Positions 11,031 through 23,352 of a stretch of DNA of 23,352 nt are shown in pieces (the stretch's first letter is position 1; each line of letters starts with the position of its first letter). The notes under the pieces are model-generated. The model was not told the origin of the DNA. It did no database searches and worked only from the letters and a program-made list of their open reading frames with translations. The position numbers and the translations under genes were made by a program. This stretch comes from Octopus sinensis (lineage: Eukaryota). The stretch is taken from assembly GCF_006345805.1 (NCBI RefSeq), contig NW_021836560.1, forward strand, positions 1 through 23,352. Reading direction: 5' to 3'.

Positions 11031-11458
11031 GCATATTGAGAAATATTTTATTTTTGGTCAGAGTTGACATCAACTTAAGAAAATAATTCCATAGGAAATT
11101 AGAATGTATTTATTTCTGCTGAGAACAATGACATCACTCGGAGTTTCGTCTCTTGCCTCATTCACAGACACTGTGAATGAGCCGAAAGGCGATTCTGCGA
11201 TTAAGTGATTTCATTCTTTTCGTCTGTTATATGCAGACGTGCCTGTGTGTGCGCGCGTGTGCGTGCATGATCATGTGTGATGTACGTGACTATCTGTTCA
11301 TTGCATGTTTTCAATGCTTGAAATTTACGTGAGAGCGGAAGGCAGCTTGGAGGGCATTCCGCAAAATGATTACCAGAAACAAGTACCGCAGAGATATTTT
11401 GCTTCGGAATTTATGTAGTTATCATTCTTAGAAAGAGTCTAGCTTTATAATGATAGTA

Positions 11459-11459
11459 A

Positions 11460-11522
<63 letters not shown>

Positions 11523-11526
11523 CTTA

Positions 11527-11611
<85 letters not shown>

Positions 11612-11700
11612 TAATAATAATAATAATAATAACTTTAATAGTAATAATAACAATAATATTAATAATAATAATAATAAAAATAATAATTATAATAATAAAA
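11459..11700. repeat. (AAT)n microsatellite
   Basis: Directly visible; it abuts the 5' end of the LINE fragment. Confidence 0.95.
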
Positions 11701-12820
11701 ATATCTGCAAAAATATCTACTTCAGAAGGAAGGAAAACTGATCCAGATAGCGGCAAAACACGAGCAAAACAAAAAATTGTTCTCAGTAGTTAAGGAAGCT
11801 GACAAATACAAACAAGAAATCATACCACCTAATAAACATGAAGAAGAAGAAGAAGAAGATGAAGAAACAACAAAAGCTATAAAACAAATGAAATCAAACT
11901 AAAAATAGAACAGCAACGAACCATGATAAAACGATGGCAAGAAAAGCCCCTTCATGGTAAATACTGGACTAAACTAACGCAAAAGAAATAGATAAGAAAA
12001 ATCCCAGCAATGGTTGAGAAGCTCAGGACTCAAAGCAGAGAAACAGAGGGATTTTAATTGCAGCACAAGACCAAAGCCTCCCCACAGAAATTACCAAAAA
12101 ACATGTAATGAAAAGAAATATTACAAGTAACTGCAGAATATGTGGAGATGGACAAGAAACAATAAATCATATATCTCTAGCTGCCCAGTCCTGGCTAAGA
12201 AGGAATGTATTCACAGACATGACAGAGTTGGAACCTACATACATTGGAATCTATGCCAACATTATGGAATAACAACAGAAAAAAGATGGTATAGGCACAC
12301 ACCAGAAAAGGTCACAGAAAACGAGAAAGCAACCATACTCTGGGATATGCCGATACACACAGATAGAGAAATTAAGGCCAACAGACCAGATATAGTTGTC
12401 AGAGATCATGAAGAAAAAAAATGCTTCCTAATTGAGGTATCAATACCGGCTGATGACAACGTGTCTCTAAAATAAATGGAGAAACTCTCAAAATACAAAG
12501 ACCTGGAAATAGAGGTAACTAGAATGTGGAATCTGAAAACAGAAACAATTCCTATCATAGTAGGTGCATTAGGCATCATAAAAAAATTCAGACAAATACA
12601 TAACAAAAACACCAGGACTTACAAACACATATAACATACAGAAAATTGCACTACTAGGCACTGCACACATCCTACGCAGAACAATTTCCATACAATAACC
12701 ATCAGAGCATCACAACAAATCACAGCACATACCCAAGGCATACAGAGCTGCGCTCGGTAGTGAAGTGAAAGCACGCTATAAAAATAAAACTACTGAATAA
12801 TGATAATAATAATAATAATA
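11701..12820 (+). mobile_element. 5'-truncated R4/Dong-clade non-LTR retrotransposon (C-terminal zinc knuckle, restriction-like endonuclease, 3' UTR)
   Basis: Joined frames give WQEKPLHG..AAQDQSL..CRICGDGQETINH..SSC (CCHC), RHD, ILWDMPIHTDREIKANRPDIVV..LIEVSIP..KLSKYKDL..PIIVGALG..QKIALLGTAHILRR, with stop at 12696-98. It has frameshifts and a premature TAA at 12473-75. (AAT)n lies on both sides, as expected for Dong target specificity. Confidence 0.9.
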
Positions 12821-13106
12821 CTGGCTCTCATTGCTTCTCATCTTAACTGAAGTGTCATCATGTACGTTGTTTTGTCACGGTATAAAAGTTGGCTACAGCA
12901 AAAATTCTGCTCAATACCGCAGATTTGCTTCTTATTTAATTAATCTCAACCAGTTGATCATGTCCCTTAGTGGCTGACAACATGTGCATCTGTGATCACG
13001 GGCAGACGTAGTGGGCGAGCACCACAGTCATGTGCTGAAAGGAATATTTTGGAGTTTGAATAATTCACCTCTGGAAACATGGGTGTTTCGTTCAACATCC
13101 TTAAAT
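12821..13106. mobile_element. Unclassified (AAT)n-adjacent interspersed repeat, diverged copy
   Basis: Aligns with 20068-20357, for example gtttgaataattcacctctg and atgggtgtttcgttcaacatccttaaa are shared. Confidence 0.8.
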
Positions 13107-13252
13107 ATCCCTGTCCAGTTTTGCATCCGTAGGAGTTATTTTTATGAATTGATTTAAAAGAGACATCGTTTTAGCATGCTGGAAAGGACCCTATTATGAA
13201 TTCTTGTTCAGACAGAATCTTACATATATTCTTTACAGAAAATCCAAATATA

Positions 13253-13400
13253 TAGGCGCAACCATGGGAGTGTAATAAAGACGCTCAATTTGCAAGGAGG
13301 TGGTTTCAGGTTCAGTCCCACTCCGCGATATATTCGGAAAATGTCTTTTACTATAGCATCAGGTGAGCAATGCCTTCTGAGTAAATCTGATAAATGGAAT
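13253..13400 (+). mobile_element. Diverged 5' half of SINE family 1
   Basis: taggcgca start, B-box GGTTCAGTCCC 13309-19, and tgtcttttactatagc; collinear with the reverse complement of 757-905. Confidence 0.65.
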
Positions 13401-13912
13401 GGAATCTAGCTGTGTGAACGTAAACGTGGTAAAATGAACAAGTGGGGGAAGCCAATACAGTGGCGACACCTGACTCCATTCGATGTAAAAAAAAAAAAAA
13501 AAAAAAATCTTATCCGATCTAGGTCATGGTATCTATGATAGTAAATTGTCATTGTATATTAATATCAAAAGTACATTAGTGTCTAAATGTTTCGGATATT
13601 TGTTAAAAATTCATGTTGCTAAATGGTCATGATGTGAGCAAATATTCTGAAAATTACAAAGTATTTTAGATACAATTTTCAATAACTCAGTTGGTCTTCT
13701 CTCAATTATCTAAGATCATTAATCGGTTAAGATTTTGCATATATCTGCAATTGTATGCGCATGCCTAGAATAGATTGCAGTTTCTGTTATGTTGCTAGAA
13801 TGTAATGTTACTAGAAGTAACTGTATTGCTTGACATATGTAGCAATTTTGAATGATTACATTTCTATTCAAACACCCACACGCACATAGATGTAAGTATA
13901 TATTATATTATA

Positions 13913-14239
13913 CTAGCAGTATCGCCCGGCGTTGCTCATGTTTGAAAGGGAAATAACTATATAAGCATTTTTAGAGATGTAAAGTATAATAGCCATCTCA
14001 ATATGGCTAACCACAAGGGGGGGGGGTGTTACTGTAGCTTTTTACGTTCTGAGATTTAATAAATTAAAGTACTTCGTTAATACCCAAATTAACGTGCGTT
14101 AATACCCAGAAGGGCTCGATATGAATCACGACTATAAGATACCCGGTTTCGGTTAAACTGCACCGCAAAATGTGGGAGTAGTTAGGAATCTAAATCGTAG
14201 GAGACTGACAGCACACAACCTCACTTTTATAAATAAAGA
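13913..14239 (-). mobile_element. Non-autonomous Helitron
   Basis: On the minus strand it starts with TC (a|tctttatttataaaag) and ends with a decayed GC-rich hairpin (gagcaacgccggg) followed by CTAG|t. It is inserted between A and T with no target-site duplication. Confidence 0.75.
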
Positions 14240-14246
14240 TTACTAG

Positions 14247-14395
14247 TGAGAATTTACAAAAAAAGAAATCAAAAGTCGAAGACGGGTGTGTAAACAACAA
14301 ACAGATATATTCGTTTAACGCTCGGGAAGTGAGAAAATCTTTTACGTTTCGAGCCTACGCTTTTCGATAGAAAGGAACATAGAAAAAATTAAGCA
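14247..14395 (-). mobile_element. Penelope-like pLTR fragment with degenerate minimal hammerhead motif
   Basis: Minus strand of 14339-14374 reads cttt CTATCGAA aagc-gtag-gctc GAAAC GTA aaag. The surrounding sequence is recalled as a common octopus repeat. Confidence 0.5.
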
Positions 14396-15523
14396 CTTTA
14401 GATTACATCATACTTTCTTTTCTCCTCTTAGTTTGAGGAAGACTAGAAGTTGCCTGTGTGCGTGTTTTAGTTTCATCGCGTTACCAATTTTATACCTAAG
14501 AAAAAAGGATTTAAATAGGGCGATAGAGTTTGGCACCGATGTCTCATATACACGGCTGTCAGAGTGAAAGATCCGGCTGTCAAAGTGCCAAGGTATCACA
14601 CGGGGTCTTGCCCACCCAAGCAGTAGTTCCACTAATCTACGTCCTTGTGCTGGTAATTTGTATTTCTTCCGCAAATCGAAGAAGGGCAAAACTGATCTTG
14701 ACGGAATATGAAATAACAACTGAGTGAGAGGAATCCTATACAACGTTCGAACAACTCAGACAAATTGTTGTCTATTCTCATCTCAAAAATCTATACGTGT
14801 TTCGGAAACGCTGAATACGTTTTCGCAGTAGTGTGGAATATGCTTTCGCAGTAAGTGTGGAATATGCTTTCTGATCCATGTCAAAATTTCTCCAATGTAG
14901 ATTATTTCTAAACCAGTGTTATTATAGTAATTTCCAAGTACTTAGTTATTATTATTTATTAATTTTTTTTAACTTCTCGTCGTTATTTATGATATGTTGT
15001 AGAAACCATATATACGAAGTTAAATATTGGCTAATGATACAATAAGTTGACAAATATAATACGAAAGCTAACGAGAGTAGCATATCCCCGATAGGCCTGG
15101 CAACATTAAAACCGATTATTATAAATATCTATTTACCCTGCACTTAAAGGAAATGCTAATTTACTGCTGACTTTGGAGAAAGTAGCAGACAAAAACGGGA
15201 TCGTAATATATATAGCAATGCACATAAAGAAGTCAAAAACCCTTATCATGAGACACGATTTCACATACGAGTTCATAGACTTTGTTGCTTCTGGGATTAT
15301 TACAGAAGTAGATGATGAATATTAACTTAAAATTTATTGAGTTTTCGTTGAATATTGGTGATGTTTTTTCGTAGTATTTCAACGGAAACCTCCATTAGTT
15401 TGCCTGTTCTTCCTTAGGCAATGAGCAATTTCTCTTACATACATTAAATAAATCCGTTTCGATTTCAGTAATTGTTATTATTCAATATTACATGATCATA
15501 GAGTATTTTGCCTTCATTGCATA

Positions 15524-15540
15524 ACTATATATATTATATA

Positions 15541-15578
<38 letters not shown>

Positions 15579-15715
15579 ATATATATATACATACATACAT
15601 ACATACATAAATATACACATACATATATACATATACATACATATATATATATATATAAGATATATATATATACACACATATATACATATCATATATATAT
15701 GTATGTATGAATATG

Positions 15716-15760
<45 letters not shown>

Positions 15761-15846
15761 ATTATATATATATATATATATATATGCACACACACAGACA
15801 CAAAGCACAACACACACACATATATGTATATATATATATATATATA
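15524..15846. repeat. (TA)n/(TACA)n microsatellite block
   Basis: Directly visible. Confidence 0.9.
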
Positions 15847-16254
15847 GCTAGGGAGAGAAAGAGTGAAGGAGATAAGGAAAGTAATTTTTCTTACTTCTTT
15901 CATAATCTGTCTTTCATTTCGTTTCTCCCTTTATTATTGCTTGTTTCTACCTAGTTTTCGGCATTCATAACAGTCATCAAGATAAAGGAAGACTGCGAGG
16001 GAAAAGTATGAGTCCAGAATAAAGAAAAAAAAACCTCGACAAAAACGTAATAAAAATAAAAAATACACCAGGAAAATGACAAAAAAAAATTCGAAAGAAT
16101 GATAAAGAAAAAGTGCATTTATGAAAATAATAATCGCACGACAATATATATGAATATATATACATATACATACATTAATATATAAGATATATTATATATA
16201 TTATATATATATAAGCAGGTATACCTCCACATGCATATATACTATATGTGTAAG

Positions 16255-16285
<31 letters not shown>

Positions 16286-16322
16286 CAGGTATACATCCAC
16301 ATGCATATATACTATATGTGTA

Positions 16323-16354
<32 letters not shown>

Positions 16355-17189
16355 TATAACTTATATACGTATTTATGAAGAACAGGGCTCGTTGAACACC
16401 AATGAAAGGAGCCTTAGAAAGTCTGAGACGCGGAGAACGATGGGGCAAGGGGAAAGGACAGAGGGAGAGGCAGTGAAGGTTTAGAGACAAAATATAAAAA
16501 AAAGATTACAGGCATATTCAGTAAGGAACTATGTGAGTGATATAGAGAATCATAATCTCCCTATAATTACAACTGGGCGGTATTTTTCCTACGCTTAAAC
16601 GTCTGAGAGAAAGATCAGACACACACGAAGGCGACGCATCGGACATCTTGAAATACACACAGTGACGAGTGAGAGACGGGAAAGATGGTGGCGAATAACT
16701 GCTTTTTACTGAGTCTCTCTCTCTTCTCTCTCTCTCTCTCCCTCTCTCTCTCTCTCTCTCGCCTTTTTCTCCGTCTCTTCTGCTGGGGCTAAGATGCTGA
16801 CCACACACGCATTCACATTTATAGAGAGTCACAAACACATGGATACAGAACCAATATTTCTAACGCCGTTGATGACGATAGTTATAAGTTTTCTTCGCAA
16901 CTATCTTCTTGTTCCCTTCCCGCCTTTTATATAGATCTTTTTCCTTCCCGTAGGATATATTCAGTAAGACTCGTATTTAATCCCATTTGCAGTTTTTCGT
17001 TTTCTTTATGTTTATTTTCATTTTTTTTTATTTTCATCCAATCTTTTATTCTTTTCTTTATAATCATAGTATTATTATTTTATCTTTTTTTTATCTTTTT
17101 TATTTTCCTTCTTTATCTTTCCTTCTTTATTTTGTTCTTTCCTCTTTTAACCACGACGACATCTTTTCTCTGCTATAATTTCTTGTAAA

Positions 17190-18043
17190 TCTTGTTGTTA
17201 TTGTTGCTATGTTTGTTTGATGATTTGTTAGGACTAGTTTTGTTGTGTTGCTTTCTTGCGTTATTCTTGTTGCTGTGAATGCTATGGCCCCTTTTTTGTT
17301 GTTTTTGTTGTTGCAGAAGTTACTCTTATTGTTGTTGTTGGCCCTGTATTGTTGTCTACCGGGGTTGATATTGGTGTCTACGTTTGTTTCCTTGATGCTG
17401 TTGGTGCTTCTGGTGTTGGGGCTTGTTGTCGTGATCATGGCGGTGCCGTTGATGGTCATCGTCGTGATAGTCATAGTGCTAGGCTCGTTCTCTTTCTTAC
17501 AACTGTTGTTGCTGTTGTTATTGTTGTTGTCATTGTTGCTACTGCTGCTGCTACTGCTGCTGTTTGTCTTGTTATTCTTATTCATAACGCCTTTTTTGTT
17601 CGAATCTTGTCTTTGCTATTGATGTGTGTCTTCGTTATCTTCAACTCCTCTACTATTTCTTCACCATCATCATCATCATAACCATCATCATCATCACCAC
17701 TATCACCTTCACGACCACGACCACCACCATATTCATCATCATCATTGTCATCTTTCAAGTGAAATTCTTGCTCACTTCCTTATTTTTGCTCTTCCTCTTC
17801 ATCGTCCTTCTTCATCTTCTTCTCCTTCTTCCTTCGTTCCTTCTTTCCTTCCTTCCTTCCTTCTTCAGTTCACTCGTTGTTGCAGGTTGTGCTGTTGGTA
17901 TTGATCTTCTTGTACTTCCACGTTCTTTTCTTCATCTTCTTTTCCTTTTTCATTATTCTTCCTTTTAACATCGTCGTCGTCGTCGTCATCATCAACATCA
18001 TCATCATCCTCATCATCATCATTATCATCAGCAGCAGCACCAG

Positions 18044-18098
<55 letters not shown>

Positions 18099-18128
18099 TT
18101 TCTTCTTCTTTTACTTCTTCTTCTTTTT

Positions 18129-18214
<86 letters not shown>

Positions 18215-18224
18215 CATCATTATT
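17190..18224. repeat. Mosaic trinucleotide repeats (GTT, CAT, CTT, ATT)
   Basis: Directly visible, from degenerate to perfect arrays. Confidence 0.9.
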
Positions 18225-18617
18225 AAATACTATCACTGGGCGGGAAATTGTTTCTGTTTAGCTTAGTTTTAAAAGTGTTTTCTCCTTTCCCATCGAAACC
18301 GACAAAAATGGGCGGGAAAATTAGTTGAGAAATAGCTGCCATTTTAAAAACTGTAATGACAACAACAGCGACAGGGCTGTAGGCAGCACCGGAAATACGT
18401 TTCTAATGAGAACAATTATGAATCCTGTAGATCCCTTAAGGCTTTAGAATATTCCTCGATTGTCGAGATTAATAGACGCCAATGAGGCAAACAACGGCAA
18501 TGAGAATGGCGCCGAGGTATGGGGACGTGACAAAGGCGATTTTGGCGAGAAGTGGTGGAAGATATCTAGGCGTCGATGAATGCTGGGATCATAGTTACGA
18601 TGACTGTAATGATGGTC

Positions 18618-18812
18618 TGCTGCTGCTACTGCTGCTGCTGATGATGATGATAATGTTGATGATGATGATGATGAAAAGAAGGGGAATTATGATGAGGATG
18701 GTGGTGATGTTGCTGGTGCTGTGGATTATGTTGATGTTGATGATGATGATTTTGATGACGATGAGTATAACTGTTATGATAATGGTGATGAAGTGTGCGT
18801 TTTCGTTGTTGA

Positions 18813-18860
<48 letters not shown>

Positions 18861-18979
18861 GTGATGATGATGATAATGATGATGATGATGATGACGACGA
18901 CGATGATGATTATGGTGATGATGATGATGAGATGATGATGATGATGACGATGATGATGATGATGGTGGTGATGATGGTG

Positions 18980-19011
<32 letters not shown>

Positions 19012-19206
19012 GATCATGGTGATGGTGATGGTGAGGGTGGTGGTGGTGGTGGTGGTAGTGATGATGATGATGATGATAATGATAATGATGATGGTGATTG
19101 ATTGATGATGATTGATGATGGTTGGTGGTGGAGATGATGATGATGATGATGATTGATGATGGTGTGGTGATGTGATGAGGGTGGTGATGATGATGATGAT
19201 GATGAC

Positions 19207-19256
<50 letters not shown>

Positions 19257-19812
19257 GGTGGTGGTGGTGGTGGTGGTGGTGGTGGTGGTGGTGGTGGTGG
19301 TGGTGATGTTGATGATGGCAGCACTACTGATGAGTATGATGAGAGAGTGATGACCATAGTGGATGTTGGTTTTGATATTGTTATTGACTAAGATGATAAA
19401 GAGGATATCGCTGATGACATTGCCGAAGATGACGGCGTTGAGAGTGATGTTGAGGACGATCGCGGTGATGAAGGTGATGTTGATGATGGCGATGAAGGTG
19501 ACGACGACGACGACGACAGCGTTGATGAGGATAATGATGACGACGATGTTGATGATGATGATGACTGTGATGATGACGATGATGATGATGATGATGATGG
19601 AGAAGATAATAATGGTTTGTTATGAAGATAATTTTATTGAGTGGCAGCAAACATTGAAGTCTAATGATTAGACGAACTAAAAGCTCGTGAAGACAATGGA
19701 GCACACCTAGTGCATTTCTTAGAGTTTTGCAAGGACATCGGAAGCACCATGTGGGAAAAAAAAACAACAACAACTACAACAAATACTACTACTACTACTA
19801 CTACTACTACTA

Positions 19813-19883
<71 letters not shown>

Positions 19884-19892
19884 GGATGATAA

Positions 19893-19924
<32 letters not shown>

Positions 19925-19949
19925 ATGATGATGATGATGATGATGATGG

Positions 19950-19982
<33 letters not shown>

Positions 19983-19987
19983 TAATG

Positions 19988-20040
<53 letters not shown>
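18618..20040. repeat. Long mosaic trinucleotide repeat field (GAT/GGT/GAC, then ACT and AAT)
   Basis: Directly visible; it explains the poly-M, poly-H and poly-D ORFs. Confidence 0.92.
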
Positions 20041-20044
<4 letters not shown>

Positions 20045-20045
<1 letters not shown>

Positions 20046-20491
20046 TGCCCTGATGCAGTACCAGGCAGTGACTCTCATGGCTTCTGATCTTAAATGATTG
20101 GAAGTGTTATCACGTACATTGTTTTGTCTTGGTATAAAAGATGGGCTACAGCAAATATTCTCCTTAATACCACAGATTTGCTTGTAAGTTGTTTGACCGT
20201 AACCAGTTGAGCATGTCCCTTAGTGGCTAATGATATGTACATCTCTGATCACGTGCAGAAGAAGTGGGGAGCATCATAGCCATGTGTTAAGAGGATTTCT
20301 TTGGGGTTTGAATAATTCACCTCTGAAACCATGGGTGTTTCGTTCAACATCCTTAAACAACCCTTACAGAGGAACCTTTTGAGCTGGATGGGTTACTCGA
20401 CCAGAAGAAAATTCTAACTGGCCCCTACCTGCAAGGTTATATGCTGTTTATCTTGATATGAGAACACCATGTCGCGCACATATGGTTGTGA
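20045..20491. mobile_element. Unclassified (AAT)n-adjacent interspersed repeat, longer copy
   Basis: Homologous to 12821-13106, begins immediately after (AAT)n, and has no recognisable ORF. Confidence 0.8.
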
Positions 20492-20810
20492 CTCTTACCA
20501 GACACAACAAAATATCAATATGTTGTTTTGTATTAATTCCATGTTTCTAATGTGAAGAGGTTCATACATACGTATGCACACTCATATTTATATGCATGTG
20601 TGTATGTGTACAGTGACATGCGTACATACAGGCATATATGAATACAAATGTATGTAGATACATACATATTTATATACATATATATTTAGATATAAATTTA
20701 TATAAATATGGATAAAACCGATATATAACTACCGATCTTATCAGGTGGCCAGCATGGGAATAAAAACCTTTCAAAGGTAATTATTATTTAAAATTACAAT
20801 TTAGGGTAAC

Positions 20811-20930
20811 TAAGAGATACCTCCACGCTGAAAATAGCAGTCAAAATTTGACTCTAAGACAACATTAAATGTTTAGTGTGGTTTTAGAGTCAAGTTTTCA
20901 CTGCTATTTCCAGTGTGGATGTATCTCTTA
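20811..20930. repeat. 120 bp spacerless palindrome (MITE-like foldback)
   Basis: Two 60 bp arms with 51/60 identity, ends TAAG...CTTA. Confidence 0.85.
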
Positions 20931-20945
20931 TAATTTTACATATTT

Positions 20946-20990
20946 AGATAGATAGATGGATAGAGAGACAGATAGACAGATTCATTTGAT

Positions 20991-21062
<72 letters not shown>

Positions 21063-21182
21063 AATGTCTAACTGGACATGAAACGAGCTCCGCAGAACAA
21101 ACTGATACTGTTGCCAAGAATATGTCACCCGCAAGAGATTTCAAAAAGTAACCAGAGACACGACCGTTACATACAGTAGCCA

Positions 21183-21232
<50 letters not shown>
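20946..21232. repeat. (GATA)n at 20946-21061 and (TAG)n at 21183-21232
   Basis: Directly visible. Confidence 0.95.
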
Positions 21233-21985
21233 AGTCGTCACAATGATAAAAATGTTTTGAAATTTTACACGAACGCAAGAACAATCATAACATCAATAGG
21301 AAGACGAGAGAAGAGTTGGATGAGCTTCGACACGTGCTTTATTTAGTTATATAAGTTTTTTGTCGATATGCTATTATTATAGTTTTGTTTGTTATTGTTG
21401 TTTATGTTGTTGTTGTTGTTGTTATTTGTGCTTACTTCTTGCATTTATTACGCATAGATTTGGAAAATGTTCTAAAAACATTATTCTCTTGTTGACCTAC
21501 ATCTTCAGTTGATGACGTGGCATCAAAGATGTGCAAAAGAGTACACGTATTAGATATGTGCGTACATTTAAGCATGAAGATAGACTTGTAAATAAGTATT
21601 GGTATATCAACGTTAATATATGTACGAAGCTTCCACACACTCTCTCTCTCTTCCTCGCTCTCTGTCTCTTTCTCTCTCTCTCTCTCCATCTATCTATATG
21701 TATATATGTGTATGCGTGTCTTAGTGTGTCTGTGTGTGTGTGTGTGCAAGTTTGTGTGCGTGTCTGTGTAACTATATGTATAAATATTTATACATGCATA
21801 TATATATATTTATATATATATATATATATATATTATAGATAATATATATATATATAGGAACTATGATAAACATAGTTTTATAATCATCGGCAAACATATA
21901 CGTACTTATGTATATATGTATATATACCTAGATACACACATATATATATATATATATATGCTATATGTACACACACACACACACC

Positions 21986-22031
<46 letters not shown>

Positions 22032-22857
22032 CACACATGTATGTGTGTATGTGTGTTTTTACGTAGGCATGTATACATGTATATATGTTATTTATGTAAT
22101 ATATATATATATATATATCTATTGTAGTGGCATTGCAGTGCCTACTTGATTTGTGACAACAAATCTTTCAAAATCCCTTTGAAAACACGGTACAAATCTC
22201 TCCCTCTCATTCTCTCTTCCTCTCTCTCTCTCTCCCCCCTCTCTCTCTCTCTTTCCATTCCCTTCTTACTCAGTTCCAAAGGTTGTGTCCCTAAATTATC
22301 GTGTCTGTCAATTTCAGACAACCTTTGTATTTTATATCTTATGCACGTATTATTATTGTGGTTGTTGTTGTTTCTATTATTATGGTTGTTGTTAATATTA
22401 TTATTATTATTATTATTATTATTGCTATTATCATCATCATTATTACTCTTTATTTAGCTCCTATTTTCTTTCGCCATATAGACGAATTCAAAAACAGAGA
22501 CAATGTTTCAATTGTACAAAGACCAAAGCTTGCCATGTCTTCATGCCATATTATATCGTAGTTTGACATTTGCTGAACTACCATTATTATAACGTGCATG
22601 TCGGATTGCATTTTTTTTCAGCTTTTTGCGATTATTACTCCACTAGGAGCCGCCGTTTTTTAGTGAGCGATTTTGTGGACAATTGTCTCGTTGCTTATAG
22701 GTGTCTCGCATGATATTCACTGCCTCACCGCAGTTAGTGTCAGGGGATGATCGTATGAGCAAGTCAAGCACAATGAGTACAATACATTTTTGTACCACGG
22801 CATCGGATTTGGGGTCGTGTTCTCGGTACATATAATTCACATACAGATATATACATA

Positions 22858-22945
<88 letters not shown>

Positions 22946-23003
22946 AATGCGTGTTGTGAACGTGTGTGTATGAAGTATATAAAATACATTTGTATGTGTA
23001 TAA

Positions 23004-23244
23004 GAGTGCATGTCCGAGTGGTTATTATGTTGCACTCAAGATGCGAGATCATGGTTTCATTTCTCTACCCAGTGGGTGTGTTGTGTTCTTCAGAAAGCCA
23101 GTTCAGATCAGGTTGCGCTGCGATCACATCGACACTTCACGAGTGGTACATAGTTCACCTGTTCAGGAAACGTCGGATTCGTGGAGAGAGCGAAATCATG
23201 TACAACACATTCATTTGATCACTATAAACAAATCAATTATGCAG
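23004..23244 (+). mobile_element. Diverged tRNA-derived SINE with a family 2-type head and a different body
   Basis: A-box-like tgtccgagtgg, decayed B-box gtttcatttc, and gttgtgttctt; collinear with 1318-1435. Confidence 0.6.
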
Positions 23245-23352
23245 ATTTAATCTACGAGAGACCACCATCCATCAATATATGTGTGTGTGTGCGTGTGTGT
23301 GTGGACGTGCATGTGCACATGTGTGTGTGCATGTATGTTTGTATATAATATA

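Noticed and set aside
14625-14720. Possible highly decayed SINE fragment on the minus strand
   Set aside because: Similarity is only from memory and too weak to support.
16518-16660. Minus-strand ATG in a fair context (ttcaagATGTCC; MSDASPSCVSDLSLRRLS)
   Set aside because: No homology recognised and no convincing exon structure.
17127-19773. Asn/Thr-rich, poly-His, poly-Met and poly-Leu ORFs, including a pseudo-transmembrane one
   Set aside because: Trinucleotide arrays are open in several frames on both strands, and adjoining frames hit stops; no recognisable protein.
22643-22840. Unique, GC-richer segment with open frames on both strands
   Set aside because: Neither translation is recognisable and splice signals are weak.

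Overview
AT-rich, microsatellite-dense animal genomic DNA with no supportable intact protein-coding gene; almost all listed ORFs are microsatellite read-throughs. From recall, the SINE, R4/Dong and AAT-linked repeat families look like Octopus/cephalopod repeats (inference, not database-checked). The window is a mosaic of mobile elements: several tRNA-derived SINEs, a decayed mariner (4982-5866), a 5'-truncated R4/Dong-type LINE sitting in (AAT)n (11701-12820), and a non-autonomous Helitron (13913-14239). The most notable signal is a cluster of mutually dissimilar non-coding elements with Penelope pseudo-LTR/retrozyme architecture (partial tandem plus inverted segment), each carrying a type I hammerhead ribozyme motif. 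One (2504-2609) has an intact core and an unusually long stem II; the others have degenerate cores. Their rearrangement breakpoints fall in or beside the ribozyme. A 2.4 kb nested palindrome (7024-9465) may be real or a long-read artefact.
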